From a virus, in the IMG/VR virus record IMGVR_UViG_3300027754_003435: a stretch of 64,000 nt of DNA. One strand, 5' to 3'. The notes under the pieces are model-generated. The model did not search any database and had not been told where the DNA came from. It was given only the letters and a program-made list of their open reading frames with translations. This document shows, piece by piece, positions 1 through 10,382 of the stretch. A program made the translations under genes and the position numbers. The number at the start of each line of letters is the position of its first letter. Positions within the stretch are counted from its first letter, which is position 1.

Positions 1-1
1 A

Positions 2-376
2 ATCTATTACACCGTATTGGTTTACGGACGATTGCATTATCTTGAAAGCGTTTGGATTTTTGATAGCAAGTGAATCTGGATTTGTTTGATACTCCTTCAA
101 TACCTGCGATACGTTTAGTATTTTAGTACCATCATATTCTGCTGCATATAAATTATTAGTTTTAACCATATGCTCAACTTTTGTTAAGTCTGTATAGTAA
201 AATACTCTTGGTACTTTCGATAATTTATAATCGTTACGTGACCAAGAAGATGGACGTTGACTTGATAATGCTGGATCGAGAACTGCTACATTTCCTAAAT
301 CTTCTTTTGAAAAGTGATATAACATAACTCTACCACTAAGAGTAAATGCTTCCATTATCAAGTCTTTTAGTTTCAT
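2..376 (-). CDS. Hypothetical protein, 3'-truncated by window edge (MKLKDLIMEAFTLSGRVMLYHFS...)
   Basis: Hand-translated, absent from the ORF track. ATG at 376 overlaps the metK stop (ATGA); the frame stays open to the window edge. Confidence 0.7.
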   Translation of the reverse strand, partial: MKLKDLIMEAFTLSGRVMLYHFSKEDLGNVAVLDPALSSQRPSSWSRNDYKLSKVPRVFYYTDLTKVEHMVKTNNLYAAEYDGTKILNVSQVLKEYQTNPDSLAIKNPNAFKIMQSSVNQYGVID

Positions 377-1530
377 CCAATTTTCTCCCATTCTAAATCT
401 TTATTTCCAAAATGACCATACTTGGCAGTCTGTAAATAAATAGGAGTTTTTAATTTTAATCTTTCAATGATTCTACTTGGAGTTAAATCAGCGTGAGTAA
501 ATTTACCAAGTCCATATTCTTTGCCAGTTGTTGGATCAAATATACGATATGAAACAGGAAACTCTTCACCGATTGCATATGCTAATTGAACTTTAATTTT
601 ATTTGCTTCTTCATTTTCATGAAGTGTTGTTATAGCGATATGACGAGCCATATACGCTGCACTTCTATCAACTTTACTTGGGTCTTTGCCAGAGAAAGCA
701 CCACCACCAATTTCACAATCAGCACCGTATTGATCAACTACAATCTTTCTACCTGTTAGTCCACAATCAGAAACTGGACCACCAACATTCCATTCACCTG
801 CTGGATTTATATGGTAAACAGTTTTATCTGTAAATAGTTCCGCAAGTTCTTCTGGAATACTTTCTAATACCGTTGGTAAAATATCAGAATGGAAATACTT
901 TCTAAGTTGTTCAAGTGAAATCATTTCAGAATGACAAGTTGAAAATACAACAGAATGAATATCTACTGCTTTATTATCTTTATACGTAACAGACACTTGA
1001 CTCTTCATATCGGGACGAAGTTTCTGTACATGACCTAATTTACTACCTTTTTTTCTAATATCTGTTGCAACTTCAATTAGTTTTTTAGCCAAGTAAATTG
1101 CTATCGGCATATATGTTGGAGTTTCACGAGTAGCATAACCAAACATAATACCTTGGTCTCCTGCTGTAACAACATCACCTTTATCAACCGCTCGGTTAAT
1201 CTCTGATGATTGAGTTGATATATTAAAGTGAATACGGCAATACTCTGAATTGAAGAATGGTGATTCTTCTTTTGTATAGCCAATGTCTTTTATAAGTCCT
1301 TTAATTAATCTAGTTAGTGATAATTCTAAAGTTCTTTTATCTTTATCAACCGTTGATTTTATTTCACCAGAAACATAAACATCACTATCCTTTACCATAA
1401 CTTCACACGCAACCTTTGCGTCTGGATCTCTTTGTAAATACCAATCAAGAATTGCATCTGAAATTTGGTCAGCTATTTTATCAGGATGACCTTCACTTAC
1501 ATATTCTGAAGTCCATATATATGTACTCAT
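373..1530 (-). CDS. metK: S-adenosylmethionine synthetase
   Basis: Motifs SEYVSEGHPDKIADQISD, GDQGIMFGYA, GLTGRKIVVDQYG, GGGAFSGKDPSKVDRSAAY, YGHFG. Start placed at 1530 (MSTYIW), TAATG-coupled to the upstream gene. Confidence 0.97.
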   Translation of the reverse strand: MSTYIWTSEYVSEGHPDKIADQISDAILDWYLQRDPDAKVACEVMVKDSDVYVSGEIKSTVDKDKRTLELSLTRLIKGLIKDIGYTKEESPFFNSEYCRIHFNISTQSSEINRAVDKGDVVTAGDQGIMFGYATRETPTYMPIAIYLAKKLIEVATDIRKKGSKLGHVQKLRPDMKSQVSVTYKDNKAVDIHSVVFSTCHSEMISLEQLRKYFHSDILPTVLESIPEELAELFTDKTVYHINPAGEWNVGGPVSDCGLTGRKIVVDQYGADCEIGGGAFSGKDPSKVDRSAAYMARHIAITTLHENEEANKIKVQLAYAIGEEFPVSYRIFDPTTGKEYGLGKFTHADLTPSRIIERLKLKTPIYLQTAKYGHFGNKDLEWEKIG

Positions 1531-1913
1531 TATTTCCCCCATTTACCAGATTGAACAAGTTGTGCGATAATTCCATAAACAGAAATATCTTTGAATGTGT
1601 CATATAAGGATTCACCAACTGCATCTTGTGAACCAAACATAATCATTTGTTTGTAACGATTTATTTTATCGTTAATACGAAAGAATAAACCTTGTAAAGA
1701 AAGTTTTCTGTCTTCCTCTCTTTCTAATGTTGTACCCATTGATATATTATCTGGACCATAGTTTTTTTGTTTTGCACAGAATAGTTCGTACTGTTCTTGT
1801 TGAATACGTTTAAATTCTTTAGTCATAGTAGGAAACTTTTCTTCCATTTCAGAAACAACACCAATTTGTTTTCTACCTAAGTCTATTTCTTTAATTGACA
1901 TTTTATTCCTCAT
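1530..1913 (-). CDS. DUF1599 / nucleotide-modification-associated domain 1 protein
   Basis: Pattern K-x-K-x-YG ... RINDKINR ... ESLYDTFKDISVYGII matches my recollection of this all-helical family. Confidence 0.7.
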   Translation of the reverse strand: MRNKMSIKEIDLGRKQIGVVSEMEEKFPTMTKEFKRIQQEQYELFCAKQKNYGPDNISMGTTLEREEDRKLSLQGLFFRINDKINRYKQMIMFGSQDAVGESLYDTFKDISVYGIIAQLVQSGKWGK

Positions 1914-2365
1914 TTTATAGTCTTCAATTTCTTTTCAAAATCTTTTATTGCGTCTTCTTTAGTACCGTACTTCTTTAGTATAGTAGTAAGTTCGGTTGGA
2001 TTAGTAGTTTTCAGAAAACGAATATACTCAAACACTTCGCTCTTTCCAAGTTGAAAATGGTTACAAAATAAAGTAATCATTTCTGGTTCTATGTTAACTC
2101 TATTCTTAGCTTTAACATATTTTAGAAAGAACGAATGCTTTGGTAGAGTATCCGATAATAGTTTATAATAATCTTCTGATGATAATATTCCGTTCGAGTA
2201 TTTTTGAAATTCATTTATAACTTCCACAAGTTCCGGCTCCATAGAGAAGAAACGTGAAATCATATAATTGTTCCAACTCTTCTTATCTTCTTCAGATAAG
2301 TCTTCCCACTTTGTCTTACGAAGTGTAACACCTTTTAAATGGTCGAATATATTCTTAGCAGACAT
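1910..2365 (-). CDS. Clamp loader small subunit (T4 gp62-like)
   Basis: WNNYMISRFFSM and YYKLL..LPK..FLKYVK resemble gp62; lies next to the gp44-like gene. Confidence 0.65.
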   Translation of the reverse strand: MSAKNIFDHLKGVTLRKTKWEDLSEEDKKSWNNYMISRFFSMEPELVEVINEFQKYSNGILSSEDYYKLLSDTLPKHSFFLKYVKAKNRVNIEPEMITLFCNHFQLGKSEVFEYIRFLKTTNPTELTTILKKYGTKEDAIKDFEKKLKTIK

Positions 2366-2378
2366 TATTAAAATCCTA

Positions 2379-2648
2379 TTAATCGTTTAGTTGTTGTCTT
2401 TTTGATGGTAAAAATTCTTCATTAATATTTCCACACTCAAGACAAGCATACGTTGGAATTGGAATAATTCCTTCTTGTCCAGTTGGTGAAAGTAATGCAG
2501 AAATCTTTTTAAAGAATGTTACTGCATGAAAAAACTTCCCGCCACAATTAGAACAAACAATATCACTTGCTTGATTTAAGTCAACATTAATTCTTTGTCC
2601 TTCTTGTCCCGATGGTTGCCCACCTGCATTAATATCAAATACACTCAT
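2379..2648 (-). CDS. Small zinc-ribbon protein
   Basis: CSNC...CLEC Cys pairs; sits between the two clamp-loader genes; AGGA upstream. Confidence 0.6.
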   Translation of the reverse strand: MSVFDINAGGQPSGQEGQRINVDLNQASDIVCSNCGGKFFHAVTFFKKISALLSPTGQEGIIPIPTYACLECGNINEEFLPSKRQQLND

Positions 2649-3589
2649 CCTTTCCTCCTTTGTTCAATTTCCATAATAATTTGAATAAACATTGCCATTG
2701 CATTTATTTCGTGGTCAACCACAAAACTATCTTTATATTGTGTTTCTGCAATGATTAAAATAATAGTTGATACAAAACCGCTTGCGTAACTGTCTACATT
2801 ATCATAGAGATAACGAAACAGTTGATTAAAATCTCTCGCATGATTGTCTGCAAGTATCTGACGAATACCTTCAAACTTCTCTTTTTTGTTTTTATTTGAT
2901 TTCAGTAAATCAACAATAGTTGAAAAGTAATTAGTTTCCACTAATGTTGATTCATCTAATTTCAGTTTACCATCGATTACGCATCGTTGAGTTGTATTAA
3001 TAACTCTACGAATATCAGGATAGTTTGAATTGATAATACTAACAAGATGTTCTTTGTTATATGTAACTTTTTCGCTCTCCAAAATGCTTACGATGTGTTG
3101 TGCAACTTCTTTCTTTGATGGTGGTACTATGTTAAAGATTTGACAACGAGATTGAATCGGGTCAATAATCTTTTCAACATAGTTACACGTTAAAATGAAA
3201 CGAGTAGTTTTACTGAATGTTTCAATTACATTACGAAGTGCTGCTTGAGCATTGGGTGTAAGATAATCACTTTCATCGAGAATAATAAGTTTTAATCCAC
3301 CAAATCCAATTGAAGAAGCAAACTGTTTGATTTTATCACGAACAGTATCTACGGAGTTTTCGTCTGACGCATTGATGTAAATATAATTATCTTTTGCGAT
3401 AGAGTTCGCAACAATCTTAGCGAGTGTTGTTTTACCACTACCGGCATCGCCATACAACAGTAAGTGTGGTACATCATTTGTTTTAATATATTGTTCAAAC
3501 GTTTCTTTAACTGTTGGATTCCCAACGTAAGTTTCAAGTGTTTCGGGACGATACTTTTCGTTCCAAATTGTATGAGATGTGTTAAACAT
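2645..3589 (-). CDS. Clamp loader AAA+ subunit (T4 gp44 / RFC-like)
   Basis: WNEKYRP, Walker A GDAGSGKTT, INASDE, LIILDESD, FILTCN, IQSRC. Confidence 0.95.
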   Translation of the reverse strand: MFNTSHTIWNEKYRPETLETYVGNPTVKETFEQYIKTNDVPHLLLYGDAGSGKTTLAKIVANSIAKDNYIYINASDENSVDTVRDKIKQFASSIGFGGLKLIILDESDYLTPNAQAALRNVIETFSKTTRFILTCNYVEKIIDPIQSRCQIFNIVPPSKKEVAQHIVSILESEKVTYNKEHLVSIINSNYPDIRRVINTTQRCVIDGKLKLDESTLVETNYFSTIVDLLKSNKNKKEKFEGIRQILADNHARDFNQLFRYLYDNVDSYASGFVSTIILIIAETQYKDSFVVDHEINAMAMFIQIIMEIEQRRKG

Positions 3590-3621
3590 ACATAACCTAT
3601 ATTTTTAATAATTAATTTCTA

Positions 3622-3652
3622 CAAATATACGAATTTATTCCTTATCTACCAA
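3622..3652 (-). promoter_or_regulatory. Bacteroidota-type sigma-A promoter (TTGG-N19-TATATTTG)
   Basis: Minus strand TATATTTG fits the TAnnTTTG -7 consensus; about 32 nt upstream of the clamp loader. Confidence 0.6.
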
Positions 3653-3656
3653 CGAC

Positions 3657-5312
3657 TTACGAAATATAAAAATTTGCCCACGGCTTACGAAATATAAAAA
3701 TAGGTTCTTGTTTCCACCATTGACCTTTATGAAAAACTTTATTAGAAGTTCTTTCTGCTAATTTTTCTTGGTCAGAGTTTCCAATCATTCTACCCATCGC
3801 CATTCCAAATTTACCTACATACTCCATTCCCAATGATTCTAATATATCAATTGAATCTTTTTCAAGGTGAACTATTTTGTTAGTTGAAATTCTAATATCA
3901 GCTATATTCCAACAAAGGTAACGGTCTGATTTCAAATAAGTAACCGCAGTTTCTAATGTTGGGCGTAAAAAGTTATCACGCCAATCCGCATACTCACTAT
4001 GTGCTTTATACGATTGAGTTACATCATCGGAATACATTTCTCTGTTAAAGTATGGTGGTGAAGTAAAAACAAAATCTAACTTACCTTTATACTTTTGAAA
4101 TTTAGGATTGAATTGAATTGTTTCTGAACCATCTTGAAAAAGTTCGTATGTATGATTTTCATTTGTAACAAAGAAGTTTGAAGATACATTTGTGCCTCGC
4201 TCGCCTATTGATTTTAGAAAAAAGTCTGCAAGGTATTCATAACGACTTATTTCTAATTCATCAATAAAGTTATCTGTATTTGGGTCTGTTCCAACATAAT
4301 GCATTGGGCGACCAACAGACATAGCACCGAGTATCCTTCCACCCCAACCAGAACTTGGATCATATACCGTTACTGTTTCACTTGCAGGTATATGTTTTGT
4401 AAAGTGTTCATAAAGAAACTTTGCGGTCATAGGTGGAAAGTTTACAGCCGGTTGACAAAATGACATACGAAATACTTGTATTGCACTTGGAAATAGTTTT
4501 ATATTCTTTTCGTAAACACGAACAATATAAACATTTGCCCTCGGTTCAGAACCTTCTTTTTGTATATTAAATGTATCAGTTAAATCCGCTGGACTACCCA
4601 AAGTAAATAACATGAAGTCATCAATCAAACCTTCTGCTAAGAACTGTCTAATCTCATCTACCTTTATAGTTAAATACTTTTTGTATTTTTTACTTTGAGT
4701 TTGTAGAGTGCATGATATTTTAGAAATACGAACACCTTGTCCATCGAATCTTCCATCACCATTTTTATACGCCATGAAGAAATCACGAAGAGTTTCACCT
4801 TCTTTGAAGTAAGGATTCTTTACTTGATTTGAAGATAAAGACTTGCTGTACAAATACATAGAATCGTTGTAAACACTTCTCTTCATAATATGATGAAATG
4901 TTTCTTTCATAGAGTCTGTAAAATAATCGTAAATCGATTTACCAGAATCACTTCCCATGCCAGATGCAATTTTAGTTTTTAGCATTGTTGGAAAGAATTG
5001 ATTTGCAGCAGAACCAATTTTTGTGAAATTAGCAATGACTCCAATCATATCAGAGTCATTGCCGTCTTCCACACTATGAAAAATAGATGAAGCGTTGAAC
5101 TGACGGAGTTTCGAGAATGATTGATTAATCTCTTCCTCAGTTCTACCAACGACTGGTGGTTTCCCATTGTTATCCCAATCAGTTAGAATCCTCATTCGTA
5201 AATCTTCTGCCCATTCATAAAACCTGTTATCGTCAAATGTAACCAGTTCACCATACGTTATGTTTGATGGCCAGGACAGAATATCACTTTTTTCATAGAA
5301 ATACTTTTTCAT
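3657..5312 (-). CDS. SAM-dependent amino-type DNA methyltransferase (SPPY), long form
   Basis: Motif I VYDPSSGWGGR followed by motif IV FVFTSPPYF; C-terminal WKQEPIFIFRK. Confidence 0.75.
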   Translation of the reverse strand: MKKYFYEKSDILSWPSNITYGELVTFDDNRFYEWAEDLRMRILTDWDNNGKPPVVGRTEEEINQSFSKLRQFNASSIFHSVEDGNDSDMIGVIANFTKIGSAANQFFPTMLKTKIASGMGSDSGKSIYDYFTDSMKETFHHIMKRSVYNDSMYLYSKSLSSNQVKNPYFKEGETLRDFFMAYKNGDGRFDGQGVRISKISCTLQTQSKKYKKYLTIKVDEIRQFLAEGLIDDFMLFTLGSPADLTDTFNIQKEGSEPRANVYIVRVYEKNIKLFPSAIQVFRMSFCQPAVNFPPMTAKFLYEHFTKHIPASETVTVYDPSSGWGGRILGAMSVGRPMHYVGTDPNTDNFIDELEISRYEYLADFFLKSIGERGTNVSSNFFVTNENHTYELFQDGSETIQFNPKFQKYKGKLDFVFTSPPYFNREMYSDDVTQSYKAHSEYADWRDNFLRPTLETAVTYLKSDRYLCWNIADIRISTNKIVHLEKDSIDILESLGMEYVGKFGMAMGRMIGNSDQEKLAERTSNKVFHKGQWWKQEPIFIFRKPWANFYIS

Positions 5313-6031
5313 TAATTGTTTTCCAATTTTACTAAGAAATATCTTGATTCAAAATCGTCAATATCAAATTCAACTTTTGCTAAACCTTGCGAGGAAACTT
5401 TCATTGAACCACCGTTCAAATCTTTATTTGCTGATAGAATTTCTTTGAAATACTTTGCTGAAAAAGAAATTGGTTCAAAATCTTGTTCACAAATACAATC
5501 AATATCAATTGAAATTCTATTGGAGTTTATGTTAGCATAACCAATTACAATTTGCCATTTATTAGTCTTACCGTTTTTAAGAATAGTAAACTTCTCAATA
5601 TCAGATAAAGCAGATTTAGCTTTGATAAATTTATCAATAAAATCTTTTGTAATTGACATTTCTAATTCAAATGGTGGAAGTTCTTTCAACTCTGGTGCCG
5701 GTGGAATAACTGCCAAATCGGCTAACATATAATTAACAGTTGTGGATTTATCGCTTAACGTTAAAGCGAATGCTTTATCGTCTGCACCATTAATTTTAAA
5801 TTCAATAGTGTTACCAAGAACACCAAGAAGACTTGTAAGTAAGTTTGTATCATACACACCAAACTTTGCTACTTGACCGCTGAAACTTTTTAACTTAACT
5901 TCCCCTACTACACATTTGTCATCAGAAATAAAACGAGTTGCTAATCCACCGTTTGCATTCCAAGCAACAGATTGAACTAATTTACCCAAGTGATATTTAC
6001 TAATGAAGTTTAATAACTTTGATTTTTCCAT
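5312..6031 (-). CDS. Sliding clamp (T4 gp45-like)
   Basis: FGVYDTNLL, FSAKYFKEIL, KVSSQGLAKVEF; 239 aa; located between polymerase and clamp loader. Confidence 0.8.
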   Translation of the reverse strand: MEKSKLLNFISKYHLGKLVQSVAWNANGGLATRFISDDKCVVGEVKLKSFSGQVAKFGVYDTNLLTSLLGVLGNTIEFKINGADDKAFALTLSDKSTTVNYMLADLAVIPPAPELKELPPFELEMSITKDFIDKFIKAKSALSDIEKFTILKNGKTNKWQIVIGYANINSNRISIDIDCICEQDFEPISFSAKYFKEILSANKDLNGGSMKVSSQGLAKVEFDIDDFESRYFLVKLENN

Positions 6032-6062
6032 AACACGAATCCTTTTATAATAATAATTTCCA

Positions 6063-6070
6063 CAAATATA
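6063..6070 (-). promoter_or_regulatory. Bacteroidota-type -7 promoter element TATATTTG
   Basis: Context AATAATTCAGTATATTTGTG matches the elements at 3622 and 14924; upstream of the clamp gene. Confidence 0.55.
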
Positions 6071-6079
6071 CTGAATTAT

Positions 6080-8596
6080 TTAGAAAGTAAAAAACTTTTG
6101 TGCAACCTTTTTACTTTCCGTTGGGAACTCCCACTTCATTGATTCATAGAAACCTCTTAGTTTACCATCCAACTCCGATACAAATAATTCGTTTGCATCA
6201 AAGTAATTTTTAATAAATTCTATAATTTCTACTGGATCTGAATCTCCTCTGAATGCTAATAGTTCTAAACCGTATGAGTTATTTTTTAAATATACCCACT
6301 TAACTTTATCACCGTTTTTAATTGCTGGAAACTTCGGTGGACAATTAAATAACTTTAATAGGTTATTATAATTCATCGCTGCTTTAATATGTGCAGGCGT
6401 TCCTTTTCCAAACTTACCCAAAACATCAACTGTTAAACGTTCTTGATATTTCTTAATATCTTTTATAGAAGAGTTCTTTGCCAACTCACCATACAGAACT
6501 GTACCTAAATCTCGTTTGAATTTTATAATATCTTCATCTAATTCTACTTTATCTCTACCTTTCAGAATATCAATTAGTACCGCCTTCATAAACTTCTGAA
6601 ATGATTTTGGAAATGAAGAGCGAACAATATCCAATCCCTTAACTTCTAACTTGTCCATCGGAACACCGTTGTCAGAAATAATCCATAATGCATATCGCTT
6701 TTTCTTTTGCCAGAAACCTGTACGTCCAATCATCTCTTGTTTAATTTCTAAGCGATGTTTATCCGTGTTGAATACTTTCTTTGCAAATATATTGTAGAAC
6801 TCATTTACATAATCTTGAACTTCGGTTGCAATCTCATAAATCTTTGGAGTCATCAACTCAATATCGTTAGTATCAATATCAGGAAATCTATTCTTTACCA
6901 ACGGTAAACAAGAAACAAACACAGAATCGGTATCAACATATTGTACGTAATCAATATTATCTGTTATCAGTTCTTTATTATACTTCATGTTAATCGCTGC
7001 TTCAGTTTTCTTAATTACAGTCTGACCAGAAAGTGTAACTGCTTCCGCATTATCAATATCATAGAAGCGAAATGCAGGCAAACCAAGCACACCATAGAGT
7101 GAGTTGAGTAGAATCTTTTGAACAAGTTGTCTTTTCTTATAGAATTCATACTTCGCTGTATCACCTTCTTTACCCCATTTTTTCATTTCATCTTTATACT
7201 GAACCCGCTTGTCAAACCAATCACTTAGAATTGCAGGAATCAATCCAACCTTATCGGAACTATACATCACCCCATTGGAAGCAACGGTATATTTGTATTT
7301 ATCCAAAAACGCTTTTAACTTTTCTTTTGAAACCATTTCACCAGCAACGGAATATTCTTCAATGTTACCACGAATAAAATCTTCAGCAGACCAGTTATCG
7401 ATTTTAGCAATCTTTGTTTCTGGAGAAATATTCAAAGTCATAATAATGGATGGATACAGAGAAGTTAAATCTAAGTCATACATCCATTCGTAGCGGCCGG
7501 GAATTGGGTCTTTAACAAAAGCACCAATAAAACCTTGTTGACCACTCTCTCGTAACTCTGCCATCTTCTCTTGTCTATCCGCTGGCTTATTCGGTGCTAC
7601 AACACTTCCAACATTTTTCAGATACGATAACAACGCACCCTCAAGATACTTTGAAGAGTAAACAAAATCCTCGTATGGAACATGACCAACGTGACAAATA
7701 CCACGCACTAAGTCTATATACTGCAACTTCTTGTCTAATTCAAGAACAAGTTCAACGTCAGTTATATTATATTCTATAAAAGTTTCAATATCGTTTTCCA
7801 TCAAATCATCTAAGTTACCTTCATACTCAACCTTACCACGTCCTAACTCAGTCATACAAACCGCATTAAGTGCATACGATGGTAGTTCTTTATAAGAGAA
7901 CTTTTTATAAACAGTCATGTAATCTAATACAGAAATACCAGCAATACTCCATCGGTTTCTATAAGGCGAAAAATACATTTCATTTATAGGTGACATACGA
8001 TGCGCTTGCTTCTTACCAAGAACTCTCTTTATTCTATTATGCAAATATGGAATATCGAATGCATCACAATTCCAACCAGTCATAATGTGCGGTTGAATTT
8101 CTTCTATCCCTGCTAAGAATTTAAGTAGAAGTGTTTTTTCATCTGGACAAGAAACTATTGTTTTATTATCCGTAGTTCTATTTCTCAATCGCTTCTGTTT
8201 ATCCAACACTAACATAGTGTAATGGTTAGTTGCTGAATCATGGTAAGCGATAGAAGTTATTTCATTGTTACCCTCAGTTGCATCTGGTGTACCTGTAATC
8301 ATTTCAACCTCAATATCGAATGCCATTGTAACAATTCCTTTCGATGGAATATCGGATTCATGGTACATATCAACAAGAATGCGCGTAGTTTCAGCAACAT
8401 CAGATTCAAATAAGTCTGGATCATTCTTTGTGAATTCAGTTATCTTAGATAATTTATCGCCATACAATGAAACAAACTTACCGTTTGAATCTCTACGGTA
8501 GGCATATGGAGTATAGTTAAAATACAAAAGTCCTTTAGTATCATCCCATACCCACGCTTCTTTTGTATTTGTTTTAACAAATATATTTTGATACAT
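6080..8596 (-). CDS. Family B DNA polymerase (T4 gp43-like)
   Basis: Exo FDIE, GWNCDAFD, YNITD; pol DLTSLYPS, KILLNSLYG, YVDTDS. Start placed at 8596 (MYQNIF), 1 nt after the upstream stop. Confidence 0.97.
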   Translation of the reverse strand: MYQNIFVKTNTKEAWVWDDTKGLLYFNYTPYAYRRDSNGKFVSLYGDKLSKITEFTKNDPDLFESDVAETTRILVDMYHESDIPSKGIVTMAFDIEVEMITGTPDATEGNNEITSIAYHDSATNHYTMLVLDKQKRLRNRTTDNKTIVSCPDEKTLLLKFLAGIEEIQPHIMTGWNCDAFDIPYLHNRIKRVLGKKQAHRMSPINEMYFSPYRNRWSIAGISVLDYMTVYKKFSYKELPSYALNAVCMTELGRGKVEYEGNLDDLMENDIETFIEYNITDVELVLELDKKLQYIDLVRGICHVGHVPYEDFVYSSKYLEGALLSYLKNVGSVVAPNKPADRQEKMAELRESGQQGFIGAFVKDPIPGRYEWMYDLDLTSLYPSIIMTLNISPETKIAKIDNWSAEDFIRGNIEEYSVAGEMVSKEKLKAFLDKYKYTVASNGVMYSSDKVGLIPAILSDWFDKRVQYKDEMKKWGKEGDTAKYEFYKKRQLVQKILLNSLYGVLGLPAFRFYDIDNAEAVTLSGQTVIKKTEAAINMKYNKELITDNIDYVQYVDTDSVFVSCLPLVKNRFPDIDTNDIELMTPKIYEIATEVQDYVNEFYNIFAKKVFNTDKHRLEIKQEMIGRTGFWQKKKRYALWIISDNGVPMDKLEVKGLDIVRSSFPKSFQKFMKAVLIDILKGRDKVELDEDIIKFKRDLGTVLYGELAKNSSIKDIKKYQERLTVDVLGKFGKGTPAHIKAAMNYNNLLKLFNCPPKFPAIKNGDKVKWVYLKNNSYGLELLAFRGDSDPVEIIEFIKNYFDANELFVSELDGKLRGFYESMKWEFPTESKKVAQKFFTF

Positions 8597-8597
8597 T

Positions 8598-9758
8598 TTA
8601 TGCCTTTTTGAATACCCACATTGGTTCTGCAAATTTTGCTTTATCATCACAATCTATGCCAGTATCGTTCGGCCGTACTGCCATTTCCATACCCATCGTT
8701 CCTTCATATATACAATCAGATTTTTCTTTCATGTATTCTACCATAGGTTCACATATTTTCAAATACGACTTTGCTGGTCTATTATAAATGTCTGCAATAT
8801 TTACAATCATTGTACCACCGGATTTAAGAGTAGCCCATACATTATCCAACGCCTTATGTAAAAAGTTTTTGTTCCAAGAATCTATATTCTTGTACCGAAC
8901 CCAACTTTGTTTATCATCGTTTGAATATCGTTCTGTATCAAAGTAAGGAGGCGATGTAAATATTAAATCAACTTTACCTATCCACTCTGAATTATCCCAA
9001 TCTTCTGCGGGTGCTTCGTATAAATGTACTGATTTTTTCGTATCAAACCAACCTAATTGTTTAGAATAAAATTCAGATTGTTGTTTATAAACTTCATGAT
9101 TATTTGGTGCTGGATCTATTCCAATATATGTTTCTGCTTTATCCGATGCATAGAAACCACATAATCTATCACCCCAACCTGCTGAGAAATCCAATATTGT
9201 TTTAGCACCATACATATCGTATAATGCTTTTGCAACATTTGGTTTGAATTGAGAACAAACATATTTTCTAAGACTTAGTGAAGAACGAACCGCTGCTTTA
9301 TCAATCTTTTTAAATTTCAATGTATAGAACGCTTTCGATAAAGAAATCATAGAACGAAGAGAAATCCAACTTCTTACTGGACCAGGTGAGTATGCAGCAT
9401 CAACTTTCCAACGGTTTATTTGTTGAAAATAATTTGATGCAGAGTTACCTACATTACTTCTTGAAAAGTATAACGGTTTTCCGTTCCATTCAAAATCTAA
9501 ATTATAACTGTGTCTAGCTTTCCACTTACCTTCTTTCAGCATTTCTTTCCACTTAATCGCCTTCAACTTTTGAAACTCAGAAGTTGTATCTTCAATTGTA
9601 ATATCAGCATAAGGCAATGGGTATGTCATCGCTATTTCAGCGAGACGGTCTTTGACATATTCTTTATCAAATGTTTCTTGAATATACTTCCATTCTATTT
9701 CATCAATCGCAAGGTAAGGACTCATTCCTTTGAACTTGTCAAAGTAATCTAAATACAT
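8598..9758 (-). CDS. SAM-dependent amino-type DNA methyltransferase (SPPY), short form
   Basis: SQFKP, ILDFSAGWGDRL, LIFTSPPYF, EPMWVFKK; clear paralog of 3657..5312. Confidence 0.75.
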   Translation of the reverse strand: MYLDYFDKFKGMSPYLAIDEIEWKYIQETFDKEYVKDRLAEIAMTYPLPYADITIEDTTSEFQKLKAIKWKEMLKEGKWKARHSYNLDFEWNGKPLYFSRSNVGNSASNYFQQINRWKVDAAYSPGPVRSWISLRSMISLSKAFYTLKFKKIDKAAVRSSLSLRKYVCSQFKPNVAKALYDMYGAKTILDFSAGWGDRLCGFYASDKAETYIGIDPAPNNHEVYKQQSEFYSKQLGWFDTKKSVHLYEAPAEDWDNSEWIGKVDLIFTSPPYFDTERYSNDDKQSWVRYKNIDSWNKNFLHKALDNVWATLKSGGTMIVNIADIYNRPAKSYLKICEPMVEYMKEKSDCIYEGTMGMEMAVRPNDTGIDCDDKAKFAEPMWVFKKA

Positions 9759-9770
9759 AACATTCCTAAA

Positions 9771-10115
9771 TTAATCGTCTGCTAAAAAGTTACCAACTTT
9801 ATTTCGGTTATCATAAACCACTTCGTACTTTTCCAAGAATTGCTTTTCTGAATAAATGGAATACCCTCTACTTTCGTTAACAATATATTGACCAGGTAAG
9901 CACTCTTCTCTCGATGCTTCAAACTTCAAAACCCATTTATCCTTATAACTGTTACTTGCAGTCATAACACATGGCCACTTTAAGCATGCTTCATTTGCTG
10001 CTTCAGTTGTGCCATCATACAAATAAGCAGTAAACTTATTTGTTTTCGGTTCTACTAATAAAACTTCCATAACAATTACTTCCTCATGATTTTTTTCTTT
10101 AATTTTTTTAGCCAA
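9771..10115 (-). CDS. Hypothetical protein
   Basis: 114-aa ORF in operon order. Confidence 0.6.
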   Translation of the reverse strand: MAKKIKEKNHEEVIVMEVLLVEPKTNKFTAYLYDGTTEAANEACLKWPCVMTASNSYKDKWVLKFEASREECLPGQYIVNESRGYSIYSEKQFLEKYEVVYDNRNKVGNFLADD

Positions 10116-10360
10116 TCTTCATCATTTTCATTTTCAGTTATATCCCAATAAGTTTTTCCATCTTTCGATGAATTCCAAGGATTAGAAATTTCATCGTCTT
10201 TTGGCATCATTATTTCTTCTAACAATTCTAAATTACCATGTGTTGCTGTAATATGGTCTTTGATATATTTTCTACTCTTACGATGTGCTATAATTTTATC
10301 CATTTTTTCAGAAGAACCAGCATTTCCAATTATGGAAGTTTTTCTATATGAACGACTCAT
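10076..10360 (-). CDS. Small basic hypothetical phage protein (MSRSYRK...)
   Basis: AAGGT upstream; N-terminus resembles a small phage protein family I recall. Confidence 0.6.
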   Translation of the reverse strand: MSRSYRKTSIIGNAGSSEKMDKIIAHRKSRKYIKDHITATHGNLELLEEIMMPKDDEISNPWNSSKDGKTYWDITENENDEDWLKKLKKKIMRK

Positions 10361-10382
10361 AGTAATACCTTTAATATTAAAA

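Noticed and set aside
8597-8650. ORF-track N-terminal extensions of PolB (also metK 1542, dut 11617, sheath 48833, phoH 52640, scaffold 58022, protease 60821)
   Set aside because: They overlap upstream genes or include the SD itself; downstream starts have properly spaced SD motifs or stop-start coupling.
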